NCBI GenBank assembly: GCA_031416075.1
Contig: JANOSY010000031.1
Span: forward strand, 19,138 to 83,137
Direction: 5' to 3'
DNA length: 64,000 bases
Source: Candidatus Tenderia sp.
Lineage (GTDB): Bacteria; Pseudomonadota; Gammaproteobacteria; Tenderiales; Tenderiaceae
Below the pieces are notes generated by a model that was given only the letters and a program-made list of their open reading frames with translations, did not search any database and was not told the origin of the DNA. Position 1 is the first letter of the stretch. Each line of letters begins with the position of its first letter. Made by a program: the position numbers and the translations under genes. Of the stretch, positions 42,763 through 51,375 are shown piece by piece.

Positions 42763-43842
42763 CTACAACAGATCAACCGGCTTCGCCTCCAGCCATGGCC
42801 CTAACGCATGCAGCGCCTGGTGCCACTGCGGGTCATTGTGCAGCTGATCACGGGTAATTGGATGGCGGCCGTGCATACGTGCGAGACGCAGATGTGAGGC
42901 GGGAGAGCCTGCCCCGCGAGCCGAGCGAGTGCATTGGGCATTATCAAATTTTTTGAGGTGATCCAGCGTCCGGCAGATGGCGTTAAAGTCGCTACAAACC
43001 AACGCCATATCGCACCCTGCTGTCAGCGCGGCGGCGGCTCGCTCGCAAACATCGCCAGCAACGGCGGCCCCCTCCATCAACAGGTCATCGCTGAAAATCA
43101 CCCCCTGAAACTGCAACTGTTGGCGCAGAATCTGCTGCAACCAGAAACGTGAAAATCCAGCCGGTTTGTCATCCACCTGCGGATAGATCACATGGGCCGC
43201 CATCACCCCGGCCAAGCCGTTGTGGATCAGCCGTTCAAACGGGATCAGGTCTTCACTCTCGATATCGACCAGTCGGCGTTCATCGCGGGCGATGCCGAGA
43301 TGGGTGTCGACCTCCACCGCGCCGTGGCCGGGAAAGTGTTTGGCGGTGGCGGCCATGCCGGCCCGCTGCATCCCTTTAATGTAGCTCTGGGTCAGCTCCG
43401 CCACCGCCTGTGGATCACGATGAAAAGAGCGATCGCCAATCACCGTGCTGACGCCATAATCGAGATCAACCACCGGCGCAAAGCTGAAATCGACACCCAC
43501 AGCGCGCAGCTCCACCGCCATCAACCAACCGGCTGTTTCGCAATTACGTTTGGCCCGTTTAGAATCTTGATCATAGAGTTGGCCAAAGTTACGCACCGCT
43601 GGCAAACGGGTAAAATCGCTGCGAAAACGCTGCACCCGACCGCCTTCATGGTCCACCGCCACCAGCAGCTTAGGTTGCCGCAGTGCATGAACTTCATCAA
43701 TCAACGCCTTGACCTGTAGGGCATTTTCAAAGTTACGACTAAAGAGGATCACCGCCCCCACCATCGGGTGTTGCAGCATCTCGCGCTCTTCCGCAGTCAG
43801 GGTCAAACCCGACAGCCCCACCATGACTGGACCTAACGACAT
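42763..43842 (-). CDS. nagZ: Beta-N-acetylhexosaminidase NagZ
   Basis: 359 aa. GH3 motifs AVDHEGGRVQRF and KHFPGHG. Confidence 0.9.
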   Translation of the reverse strand: MSLGPVMVGLSGLTLTAEEREMLQHPMVGAVILFSRNFENALQVKALIDEVHALRQPKLLVAVDHEGGRVQRFRSDFTRLPAVRNFGQLYDQDSKRAKRNCETAGWLMAVELRAVGVDFSFAPVVDLDYGVSTVIGDRSFHRDPQAVAELTQSYIKGMQRAGMAATAKHFPGHGAVEVDTHLGIARDERRLVDIESEDLIPFERLIHNGLAGVMAAHVIYPQVDDKPAGFSRFWLQQILRQQLQFQGVIFSDDLLMEGAAVAGDVCERAAAALTAGCDMALVCSDFNAICRTLDHLKKFDNAQCTRSARGAGSPASHLRLARMHGRHPITRDQLHNDPQWHQALHALGPWLEAKPVDLL

Positions 43843-43844
43843 AT

Positions 43845-44660
43845 CTATTCCCGTGGTCTCGTTCTTACATCGAGGCGATCACGCAGCCGATCACCCAACA
43901 GATTCACCGCCAGCACCACCAGCATCAACGCCGCCCCCGGCACCAGCACCATGTGTGGCGCTACCAGCAGATAGCGGGCGCCGTCGCGGATCATACTGCC
44001 CCATGAGGAGTCGGGCGGCTGCACACCCAGACCCAGGAACGAGAGCCCCGCCTCGGAGATCACCGCACCGGCCACCGCAAAGGTCGCCTCCACAATCAGC
44101 GGCGCCATGATCAACGGGATGATGTGACGCCAGATGATCATCAGCGGTCGTGTGCCCAGCGCCTGGGCCGCCTGCACATGTTCGCGATGTTTGATGGTCA
44201 GCACCTGGGCGCGCGCCAGCCGCGCAAAGCCGACCCACCCCACCACACCCAACGCGATGATGACGTTGTTGATGCCCGGCCCGAGCAGCCCGGCCAGCGC
44301 GATGGCCAGCAGAATGCCGGGGAAGGCGAGGAAGATATCGATAATGCGTACGATAACGTGGTCCCACCAGCCGCCCAGGTAGGCGCTGACAGCACCAATG
44401 GCCGTACCAACAACGGTCGAGATCAACACTACCAACACCGCCACCAGAAACGAGGTCTGCGCCCCGGCCACCAGCCGATCCCACAGCGGCCGCCCCAGAT
44501 CATCGTAACCGAGCCAGGCGTCACTGCCCGGCGCCAGCAGAATCTTCGACAGTTCGATGTGGTTTGGGTCAAGCCCAAACCAACCACCGCCCACGGCAAA
44601 CAGCGCCCAGAGCAGCATGATCGCCGCTGGCCAGCCGTAACGAATCACACTACGGATCAT
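43845..44660 (-). CDS. Peptide/nickel-type ABC transporter permease (DppC/OppC-like)
   Basis: Start moved to ATG 44660 (MIRSVIRYGW), with an ATGA overlap on the upstream permease. Carries an EAA-loop-type sequence. Confidence 0.85.
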   Translation of the reverse strand: MIRSVIRYGWPAAIMLLWALFAVGGGWFGLDPNHIELSKILLAPGSDAWLGYDDLGRPLWDRLVAGAQTSFLVAVLVVLISTVVGTAIGAVSAYLGGWWDHVIVRIIDIFLAFPGILLAIALAGLLGPGINNVIIALGVVGWVGFARLARAQVLTIKHREHVQAAQALGTRPLMIIWRHIIPLIMAPLIVEATFAVAGAVISEAGLSFLGLGVQPPDSSWGSMIRDGARYLLVAPHMVLVPGAALMLVVLAVNLLGDRLRDRLDVRTRPRE

Positions 44661-45586
44661 CGCCCGCCCTCCAGCCGCACGCGCGGATCGAGCCAGCCGT
44701 AGACCAGATCGGTCAATGTATTGACCACCACATAGGCGAGACTGATCAACAAGACACACGCCTGCACCACCGGATAGTCGCGGCGCTGGATTGATTCAAT
44801 CGTCAATGAACCAAGCCCCGGCCAGGAGAACACAACCTCAGTAATCACCGCACCACCCAGCAGCACACCCAGCTGCAAGCCGAGCAGCGTGATCACCGGC
44901 AGCAGCGCATTGCGCAGCGCGTGACGCCAGATTACCAACCGCTCACTCAACCCCTTGGCACGGGCGGTACGGATGTAATCCTCATTCAACGTCTCCAGCA
45001 CGGTGGCGCGCACCATGCGCGACAGGATCGACGACATCGCCGTGCCGAGGGTGATGGCAGGCAGAATCAACGAGATCAGGCCATCGCGACCGCTCACCGG
45101 AAACCACCCCAGCCACAACGAAAAGACCAGGATCAAAATCGGCCCCATCAGAAAATTGGGCACCGATATACCCACCAGCGACAGCCCCATCGCCCCCTGA
45201 TCCCAGGGTGTGTCCTTACGCACCGCCGCCAACACCCCCATCGGGAAGGCGATCAGCACCGCCACCAACAGCGATGCCAGCGCCAACTCCACCGTTGCCG
45301 GCATACGCTCCAGCAACATCTCGCTGATGGGGCGTTGTGAATAGAGTGAGTTGCCCAGATTGAGATGCAGCAGATTGTTGTAATAGTTACCCATCTGCGT
45401 CAGCAGTGGCTGATCCAGCCCAAGTGCACGGCGCAGCGCCTCGCGGTCGGCAGGCTGCGCCGACTCCCCGAGCATCACCTCCACCGGATCGCCGGGCACC
45501 ATATATAAGAATAGGAATACCAATGCCGAAACGCCCATCACAACGATGAGGGCGCTGGCAATACGGGAGAGGAGGAATTTCAACAT
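44657..45586 (-). CDS. Peptide/nickel-type ABC transporter permease (DppB/OppB-like)
   Basis: 309 aa, MLKFLLSRIASALIVVMGVSALVFL..., with DYIRTARAKGL typical of DppB. Confidence 0.85.
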   Translation of the reverse strand: MLKFLLSRIASALIVVMGVSALVFLFLYMVPGDPVEVMLGESAQPADREALRRALGLDQPLLTQMGNYYNNLLHLNLGNSLYSQRPISEMLLERMPATVELALASLLVAVLIAFPMGVLAAVRKDTPWDQGAMGLSLVGISVPNFLMGPILILVFSLWLGWFPVSGRDGLISLILPAITLGTAMSSILSRMVRATVLETLNEDYIRTARAKGLSERLVIWRHALRNALLPVITLLGLQLGVLLGGAVITEVVFSWPGLGSLTIESIQRRDYPVVQACVLLISLAYVVVNTLTDLVYGWLDPRVRLEGGR

Positions 45587-45592
45587 TAATCT

Positions 45593-46156
45593 CTACTGTT
45601 CCGTCAACTTCTGGGCGATCTTATCCAAGTAGATACGAGGGTGATTTTTTAACCGAAAAATGGGGATACTACCAGGATTTAAAGTGGGCTTTGGTAACTC
45701 GGGTCGCGATGTCTCACCTTTTCGCTCCTGCTTACGAGGTTTGAAGCTGATAACACCACAAAATTCTGGCTCGATTGCACAATGGCCATTAAGACTCAGC
45801 AGTTTTACCAGCCATTGCATAAAAGCATGGCTTCTTAAAATTTGTTTTTCAGCACCGTTTTCACCTCCCGATTTCATTTCAATCATGATTATAATAGGTT
45901 TGCTATTGATATCCGCCACAACAATAGCATCACATACACTGTGCATTCCCTTAAGCGGGGTATCGTTACGCATGAACGGAAAAGCATTCGGTCCCAACTG
46001 ATCTAACGAAAATACCAGAGATTTTCCTCCCTGTATCTCAATCAAGGTATGTGTAGCACCTTTACCAGACTCTCTCAGTTGCCAGCGCCCGTCTGACCGA
46101 GGAAGTTTCCAATTATTGGTGATTAGATTATCAAAGCATGCCACAAAGTTGCTCAC
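45593..46156 (-). CDS. Hypothetical 187-aa protein with a PD-(D/E)xK-like motif (candidate nuclease effector)
   Basis: GTG start overlaps the ATPase stop (GTGA). CDAIVVAD...IIMIEMKSG gives D76/D82...E93-x-K95. The C-terminal tail is basic and Pro-rich. Low GC. Confidence 0.5.
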   Translation of the reverse strand: MSNFVACFDNLITNNWKLPRSDGRWQLRESGKGATHTLIEIQGGKSLVFSLDQLGPNAFPFMRNDTPLKGMHSVCDAIVVADINSKPIIIMIEMKSGGENGAEKQILRSHAFMQWLVKLLSLNGHCAIEPEFCGVISFKPRKQERKGETSRPELPKPTLNPGSIPIFRLKNHPRIYLDKIAQKLTEQ

Positions 46157-47574
46157 TGAGAACTCTCCTCAGAATCAGATTCTCCGCGATATGAATAATA
46201 AATTTCATCACTGGTCTCATTAAGGTCATGGATCACCTTGTCGAATGTTTCAGCCTGGATGCCCTCTTCTTTAGTTATTTTCATGGAAGATATTTTCCGA
46301 TCATCAAAAAGATAAGCTGCCACTTTATCTGGCTGGAGCACCTCAGTTTCTTGATAATCGAAGCGTTTCATCAACTTGTCTCTGTTCCTATTTGGTTGTG
46401 ACAACATAATCAATGAATTAATTTCTCTGACCAAATAATCACTGTGCGTACTCACCACTACACGTAAACCACTGTTTACTAACTTGGCGAGTAATCTTGC
46501 CAGCTTGCGCTGATTTCCTGGGTGGAGATTAAGTTCCGGCTCATCAATCATAAGCACATCACCTGACTTAGCCTGATGCTCTAGATAAAACCACAAACCA
46601 AACAAACTTTTAACGGTGGAGGAAGACAGATGCAAGTCCAATCTTTGAGGATCGCCACCTTTCAGTTTTTTTGGGGTAAAATAAATATTTCCGTCAGCAT
46701 CGACCTCGTATTTTCCGCAGACAACTTTTTTGACCTCTTCAGCCAAAGCATGAAATTGACCACCTTTTCTTTTTCTTGTATCAGGGATCTCATTCAGCCA
46801 ATCAATATAGTGAGCAATAGGCTCTGCATATCGAGAACCCCATACATCACGAATAAGTGCACTTATCTCAAACTCTTTGTCTTTTTTGGTGGCATGATGT
46901 AGCAAAGCAGTGCGTCTATTAGCCAATTCTTTATAAAAAAGATGCAACCCATTCCTCTCAGCAGGCATCAAAAATACGCTTCGACGCGAAGTCACACCAA
47001 TCAAATGACTGACAACTGCATCACATAATATAAATTCAATATCAGGGAATCTTTGGGCACGGAGTGTTATTTGAACAGTTCTATCATTTGGCTGCTTTAC
47101 TAATCTCAATACCTCGTTTTTTTCCAAACCAAGAACCAAACTAAAGTCCATTTTCCGTTCGATAGCTGACGAGACAAGATGTTCCTCTTCAATTAGCCAG
47201 TCAAAATGGCTGTGAGAAAAAAGAGTTTTCGGAGCATTAAATATCCTTGGGAGACGATGTTTTGTCGCATTATGTATAGATTCAAGTATTTTCTTCGAAT
47301 ATTGTTTCAGCCAAGCCTCCATGTCCCACGACACTTGCCCCTCCTTCATTAAATCCTCAATGAGTGATTCGGTCTCTGGCAGATGCCCAAGAGGAGTCGA
47401 TGAAAGGAAGCCATACAGAGCATACATAACCCATGTTTTGCCAGTATTATTCGGGCCACAAACAATCGTCAAAGGCTTGAAATCGATATTTTGCCCACTC
47501 TCAAGGCATCCAAGACGTGAAGCGCTAAATTTCCAGCTTTGAAGATTAAATATTGCTTGTTCATCTGTACTCAT
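46153..47574 (-). CDS. AAA_15/AAA_21-type ABC ATPase (defence-system-like)
   Basis: ATG 47574 behind a GGAGAA SD. Walker A CGPNNTGKT, signature-like LSSSTVKS, Walker B VLMIDEPELNLHP, H-loop VVSTHS. About 40% GC against about 60% in the flanks. Confidence 0.75.
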   Translation of the reverse strand: MSTDEQAIFNLQSWKFSASRLGCLESGQNIDFKPLTIVCGPNNTGKTWVMYALYGFLSSTPLGHLPETESLIEDLMKEGQVSWDMEAWLKQYSKKILESIHNATKHRLPRIFNAPKTLFSHSHFDWLIEEEHLVSSAIERKMDFSLVLGLEKNEVLRLVKQPNDRTVQITLRAQRFPDIEFILCDAVVSHLIGVTSRRSVFLMPAERNGLHLFYKELANRRTALLHHATKKDKEFEISALIRDVWGSRYAEPIAHYIDWLNEIPDTRKRKGGQFHALAEEVKKVVCGKYEVDADGNIYFTPKKLKGGDPQRLDLHLSSSTVKSLFGLWFYLEHQAKSGDVLMIDEPELNLHPGNQRKLARLLAKLVNSGLRVVVSTHSDYLVREINSLIMLSQPNRNRDKLMKRFDYQETEVLQPDKVAAYLFDDRKISSMKITKEEGIQAETFDKVIHDLNETSDEIYYSYRGESDSEESSQ

Positions 47575-47641
47575 AACAAGTTCTCCAATCAATAATTTTT
47601 AATTCTATGCCATAACATACAATTCAATTCATATGAATTAA

Positions 47642-48139
47642 TTACTCATGAATCAGTACCCGTGTACCGGCCGGTACACGATCAAACAGCTCGATCAATT
47701 CACTATTGCGCATGCGAATACAGCCGTGCGAACCGGGACGGCCCATCTCCACGCTATCGGGTGTGCCGTGAATATAGATGTAACGGCGCATGGTATCAAC
47801 GTTGCCAAGACGATTACAGCCCGGCTCCAGACCACTGAGCCAGAGGATGCGGGTGAGTATCCAGTCACGCTTGGGATGCTGTTGATGCAGCTCTGGAGTG
47901 TAGGTCTCGCCGGTAGGGCGACGGCCAACAAAGATCGTATTCACCTCACAACCACCACCAATCCTGGCACGGATCTGGTGCCAACCGCGTGGGGTGCACT
48001 GGCTGTTGGCCACTTCGCCAGGACCATTTTTGGCGCTGGAGATCAATACGTCCATCAATAGCCCACCACCACACAACAGCTGCAACCGTTGCGTGGTGAG
48101 GTTGATATCAATCAGATATTGATCAGTGGCGTGTGACAT
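47642..48139 (-). CDS. L,D-transpeptidase (YkuD) family protein without an obvious signal peptide
   Basis: 165 aa. Catalytic motif HGTPDSVEMGRPGSHGCIRMRN. The N-terminus MSHATDQYLIDINL is not signal-like. Confidence 0.8.
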   Translation of the reverse strand: MSHATDQYLIDINLTTQRLQLLCGGGLLMDVLISSAKNGPGEVANSQCTPRGWHQIRARIGGGCEVNTIFVGRRPTGETYTPELHQQHPKRDWILTRILWLSGLEPGCNRLGNVDTMRRYIYIHGTPDSVEMGRPGSHGCIRMRNSELIELFDRVPAGTRVLIHE

Positions 48140-49619
48140 GCATCAATCCATCGTAGTTGCCATCGCGGGCAACCGTATAGCCGCTGATATTTTTGCGGGC
48201 GGCAAAGATGTGATCTTCGTACCACAACGGCACGTAAGGGAGCTGTTCTAACAGACGCGCCTGAACTTTTTTGTACTCTTCAGCCTGCTGTTCCAGCGTT
48301 GGTGCCGCTTCGGCCGCTTCAATTAAAGCATCGGTGATGCTGTCGCTGTAGCGGCCACGATTACTCCCCTCCGGCGGCACAGCACTGCTGTGAAAGGCGT
48401 AACGGAAGATGTCAGGGGTCTTAATGCCAACCCAGCTGAGGCTGAACATCTGGAAGCGCCCTGCTTTGATGTCACCATAAAAGGTACCCCAGTCATAACT
48501 GCGCAGATCAACATCAATTCCTATGTCGGTGAGCTGTTGTTGAATGATGGTGGCGAGGCGAATGCGGAACGGATCGCTGGAGGTTTTGTAGACCAGATGG
48601 GGACGTTTGTCTTGTGTATAGCCTGCCTCTTTTAACAACAGGCGGGCACGCGCTGGATCGTAGCCATAGAGCGGCAGTTTGATGCCCGCCCAGTGGTCGG
48701 GCGGTAACAGTGCGCTGGCAGGCGTGGCGGCGCCGCCCATCACGTAACGGATAATGGCGTCGCGGTCGAGTGCATGGGCTATGGCCTGACGCAGCTTTAA
48801 ATTATCCGTCTCTGCATCTTCAAGATTGAACCCTAGATAGGTGAAGTTGGAACCGCGCCCCTTGATCACCTGAATGACATCCTGTTTTTCCAGATAGGTG
48901 ACCATCTCTGACGGGATGTCATTCTGCAACATGTCGATCTCACCACGCATTAGCTTGAGCACTCGCACGGTGGGGTTCTCCACCGCGATAAAACTGAAGC
49001 GCTGACTATCGGCTAGACGTTTGAGGTGCAGCGTGCCCTCCTCTGGCCAAGCGTCAAAGGCAAATGGACCGCTGCCCAACGGCTGTTGGTTGAAGGGGTG
49101 TTTTGCATTAAGCGCGGCAGCGGGCATGATGCCAATCACCAGGCGGCCGGGGAAGAGCAGGTCCGGTTTGTTAAGCATGAAATCGACCGTGTTGTTATCC
49201 ACCACCTGAATGGTGTCGACCATGTCGAATCCGGCACGGTGAGGTGAGTTGATGGCGGGGTCAAGAATGGAGTCGTAAGTGGCTTTGATGTCCGCCGCTG
49301 TCAGCGGGCTGCCATCGTGAAACGTGGCGCTGTCGCGCAGCTGGAAACGGTAGTGGCGCGGCGAAATCTGCTGCCACTGCGCCAGTGCCGGGATGACACG
49401 ATAGCGCTCATCAAAATCGATCAAACTCTGATAGATCAGCCGGTTGATACGCGACGAAACGGCATCGGTGGCAAAACGTGGATCAAGGGTGATGGGCGCT
49501 TTTGCGAGGCCAAAACGCAACGCGCCATCCGGCGCCTTGCTGCATGCGGTGATACCCAACAGCGCCAGCAGCAGCGCCAGAATTGTGAAGCGCGAAAGTT
49601 TCAGAGCGAATCCTTCCAC
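48123..49619 (-). CDS. ABC transporter substrate-binding lipoprotein, family 5 (peptide/nickel, MppA/DppA-like)
   Basis: 498 aa. Lipobox LLGITAC and family-5 SBP features. Confidence 0.85.
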   Translation of the reverse strand: MEGFALKLSRFTILALLLALLGITACSKAPDGALRFGLAKAPITLDPRFATDAVSSRINRLIYQSLIDFDERYRVIPALAQWQQISPRHYRFQLRDSATFHDGSPLTAADIKATYDSILDPAINSPHRAGFDMVDTIQVVDNNTVDFMLNKPDLLFPGRLVIGIMPAAALNAKHPFNQQPLGSGPFAFDAWPEEGTLHLKRLADSQRFSFIAVENPTVRVLKLMRGEIDMLQNDIPSEMVTYLEKQDVIQVIKGRGSNFTYLGFNLEDAETDNLKLRQAIAHALDRDAIIRYVMGGAATPASALLPPDHWAGIKLPLYGYDPARARLLLKEAGYTQDKRPHLVYKTSSDPFRIRLATIIQQQLTDIGIDVDLRSYDWGTFYGDIKAGRFQMFSLSWVGIKTPDIFRYAFHSSAVPPEGSNRGRYSDSITDALIEAAEAAPTLEQQAEEYKKVQARLLEQLPYVPLWYEDHIFAARKNISGYTVARDGNYDGLMHVTRH

Positions 49620-50083
49620 TCTTTGTAGGGGTGCTGCGCCAGACAGACGTTGTAGTAACGTTCATCATCCGACACCTCTTTTCCTGCCCACTGCGGCAGT
49701 TCAAACGGCTCGTCTTCGGCGAAGAGTTCAATCTCCGCCACAATCAGACCGGCGTTATCCCCCTCAAAGACATCAATCTCCCAGGTATGATTACCGTAAT
49801 CAACCAGATGGCGGCGCTTCTCGATCACTGGCCCAACGCAGAGACTATCAAGCATCTCGCGACCATCCTGGAGTGGAATCTCATACTCATACTCCTGGCG
49901 GGTCACCCCCAGCGTCATGCTCTTGATGTTGAGATTGGCATGGCCATCGGCAATACGCACCCGCACTGAGGCGTTACCCGTCATGGCGGCCAGATAGCCC
50001 TGGCGGTAGTCACCACTCTTTTTCACGGCGGCGCGCCAGCTATCGTTGGTCACCAAAAATTTACGTTCGATCTCTACAGCCAT
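49601..50083 (-). CDS. CYTH-domain protein (triphosphatase/class IV cyclase fold)
   Basis: 160 aa. Signature N-terminus MAVEIERKFLV (ExExK). Confidence 0.8.
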   Translation of the reverse strand: MAVEIERKFLVTNDSWRAAVKKSGDYRQGYLAAMTGNASVRVRIADGHANLNIKSMTLGVTRQEYEYEIPLQDGREMLDSLCVGPVIEKRRHLVDYGNHTWEIDVFEGDNAGLIVAEIELFAEDEPFELPQWAGKEVSDDERYYNVCLAQHPYKEWKDSL

Positions 50084-50169
50084 TGTTATATGTCGCTTAT
50101 CTTTTAGCCGGTAAATTGAATGGGTGTAATATTACCCGATTTAAACACTAATCACTGCAAGGAGTTGCA

Positions 50170-51168
50170 ATGAAAGCGATATTAATGACCGGACCCGGAA
50201 CACCTGACGTATTAAGACTGAGAGAGGTGGCAATTCCAGAGATCACTCATCGCAACGATATTCTGGTCCAGCTTAAGGCTGCGGGTGTCAACCCTGTTGA
50301 TACCAAATTACGCAGCCGTGGCACTTATCACCCCGACCGTCTGCCCACCATTCTTGGCTGTGATGGTGCCGGCATTGTTGAGGCCATTGGCCGGGATGTA
50401 TCCCGGTTCAAGGTGGGTGATGAGGTCTATTTCTGTAATGGCGGTATCGGTGGCCATCCGGGCAACTATGCGGAATATGCCGTCGTTAACGAACACTTTG
50501 CTGCCGCCAAACCACACTCAATCAGCTTTGCCGAAGCGGCCGCCGCGCCGTTGGTGCTTATCACCGCCTGGGAGAGTCTGTTTAACGCCTGTGAACTGGA
50601 AGAGGAAGACAGTGTGCTGATTCACGCCGGGGCGGGCGGCGTCGGCCATGTTGCCATTCAATTGGCCAAAGCCGCCGGTGGTTTTGTCTGTACCACCGTC
50701 AGCAACACGGACAAAGCAGCGTTTGTCTCTGACCTGGGCGCTGACAAGGTCATTCAGTATCGGGATGAGGATTTTGTTAAGGCCATACACTCATGGACCG
50801 GCGGTGAAGGGGTTGATCTTGCACTGGATAGCATTGGTGGTGAGACACTCAACCGCACCTTCGAAGCCGTCCGCTTTTATGGCGACATCGTTACCTTGCT
50901 GCAACCTGATACCAACATCCGTTGGCATATCCCGCGCCTGCGTAACCAGCGCCTGGCCTTTGAGTTGATGTTGACACCGATGCAGCACGGCCTGTTTGAG
51001 ATGCAGAAACACCACGGCAAAATACTCACCGAAAGTGCCAACCTGTTTGACGCAAAAAAATTAAAAATTCATGTTAGCCATACCCTGCCACTGGCTGACG
51101 CTGCAGAGGCCCATCGCCTGATTGAAAAGGGGAAAACAACCGGTAAAGTAGTATTAATAATGGATTAA
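50170..51168 (+). CDS. Zinc-type alcohol dehydrogenase-like / NADPH:quinone oxidoreductase
   Basis: 332 aa. MDR family with the HAGAGGVGHVAIQLAK nucleotide-binding motif. Confidence 0.8.
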   Translation: MKAILMTGPGTPDVLRLREVAIPEITHRNDILVQLKAAGVNPVDTKLRSRGTYHPDRLPTILGCDGAGIVEAIGRDVSRFKVGDEVYFCNGGIGGHPGNYAEYAVVNEHFAAAKPHSISFAEAAAAPLVLITAWESLFNACELEEEDSVLIHAGAGGVGHVAIQLAKAAGGFVCTTVSNTDKAAFVSDLGADKVIQYRDEDFVKAIHSWTGGEGVDLALDSIGGETLNRTFEAVRFYGDIVTLLQPDTNIRWHIPRLRNQRLAFELMLTPMQHGLFEMQKHHGKILTESANLFDAKKLKIHVSHTLPLADAAEAHRLIEKGKTTGKVVLIMD

Positions 51169-51375
51169 AAACTATTCAAAAAGACTAAATACCCCATATA
51201 AATCAATATATTACACTTAATAATTAGATAACAAATAGTCTATTTTCATGTGCTTAGCAGAGTTTCCTAGACATGAAATATCGAGCTATGGTATCTAAAC
51301 AGTCCAGCAGAAAAACAATAGCTGTGAAACACAATAACAACACTGTAATAACCAATAAAAAAGGGGAATAAACAG

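Noticed and set aside
43891-44702. 197-aa minus-strand and 192-aa plus-strand alternative-frame ORFs
   Set aside because: Both overlap the DppC-like permease frame. Their Gly/Arg/Pro-rich composition marks them as frame artefacts of about 67% GC DNA.
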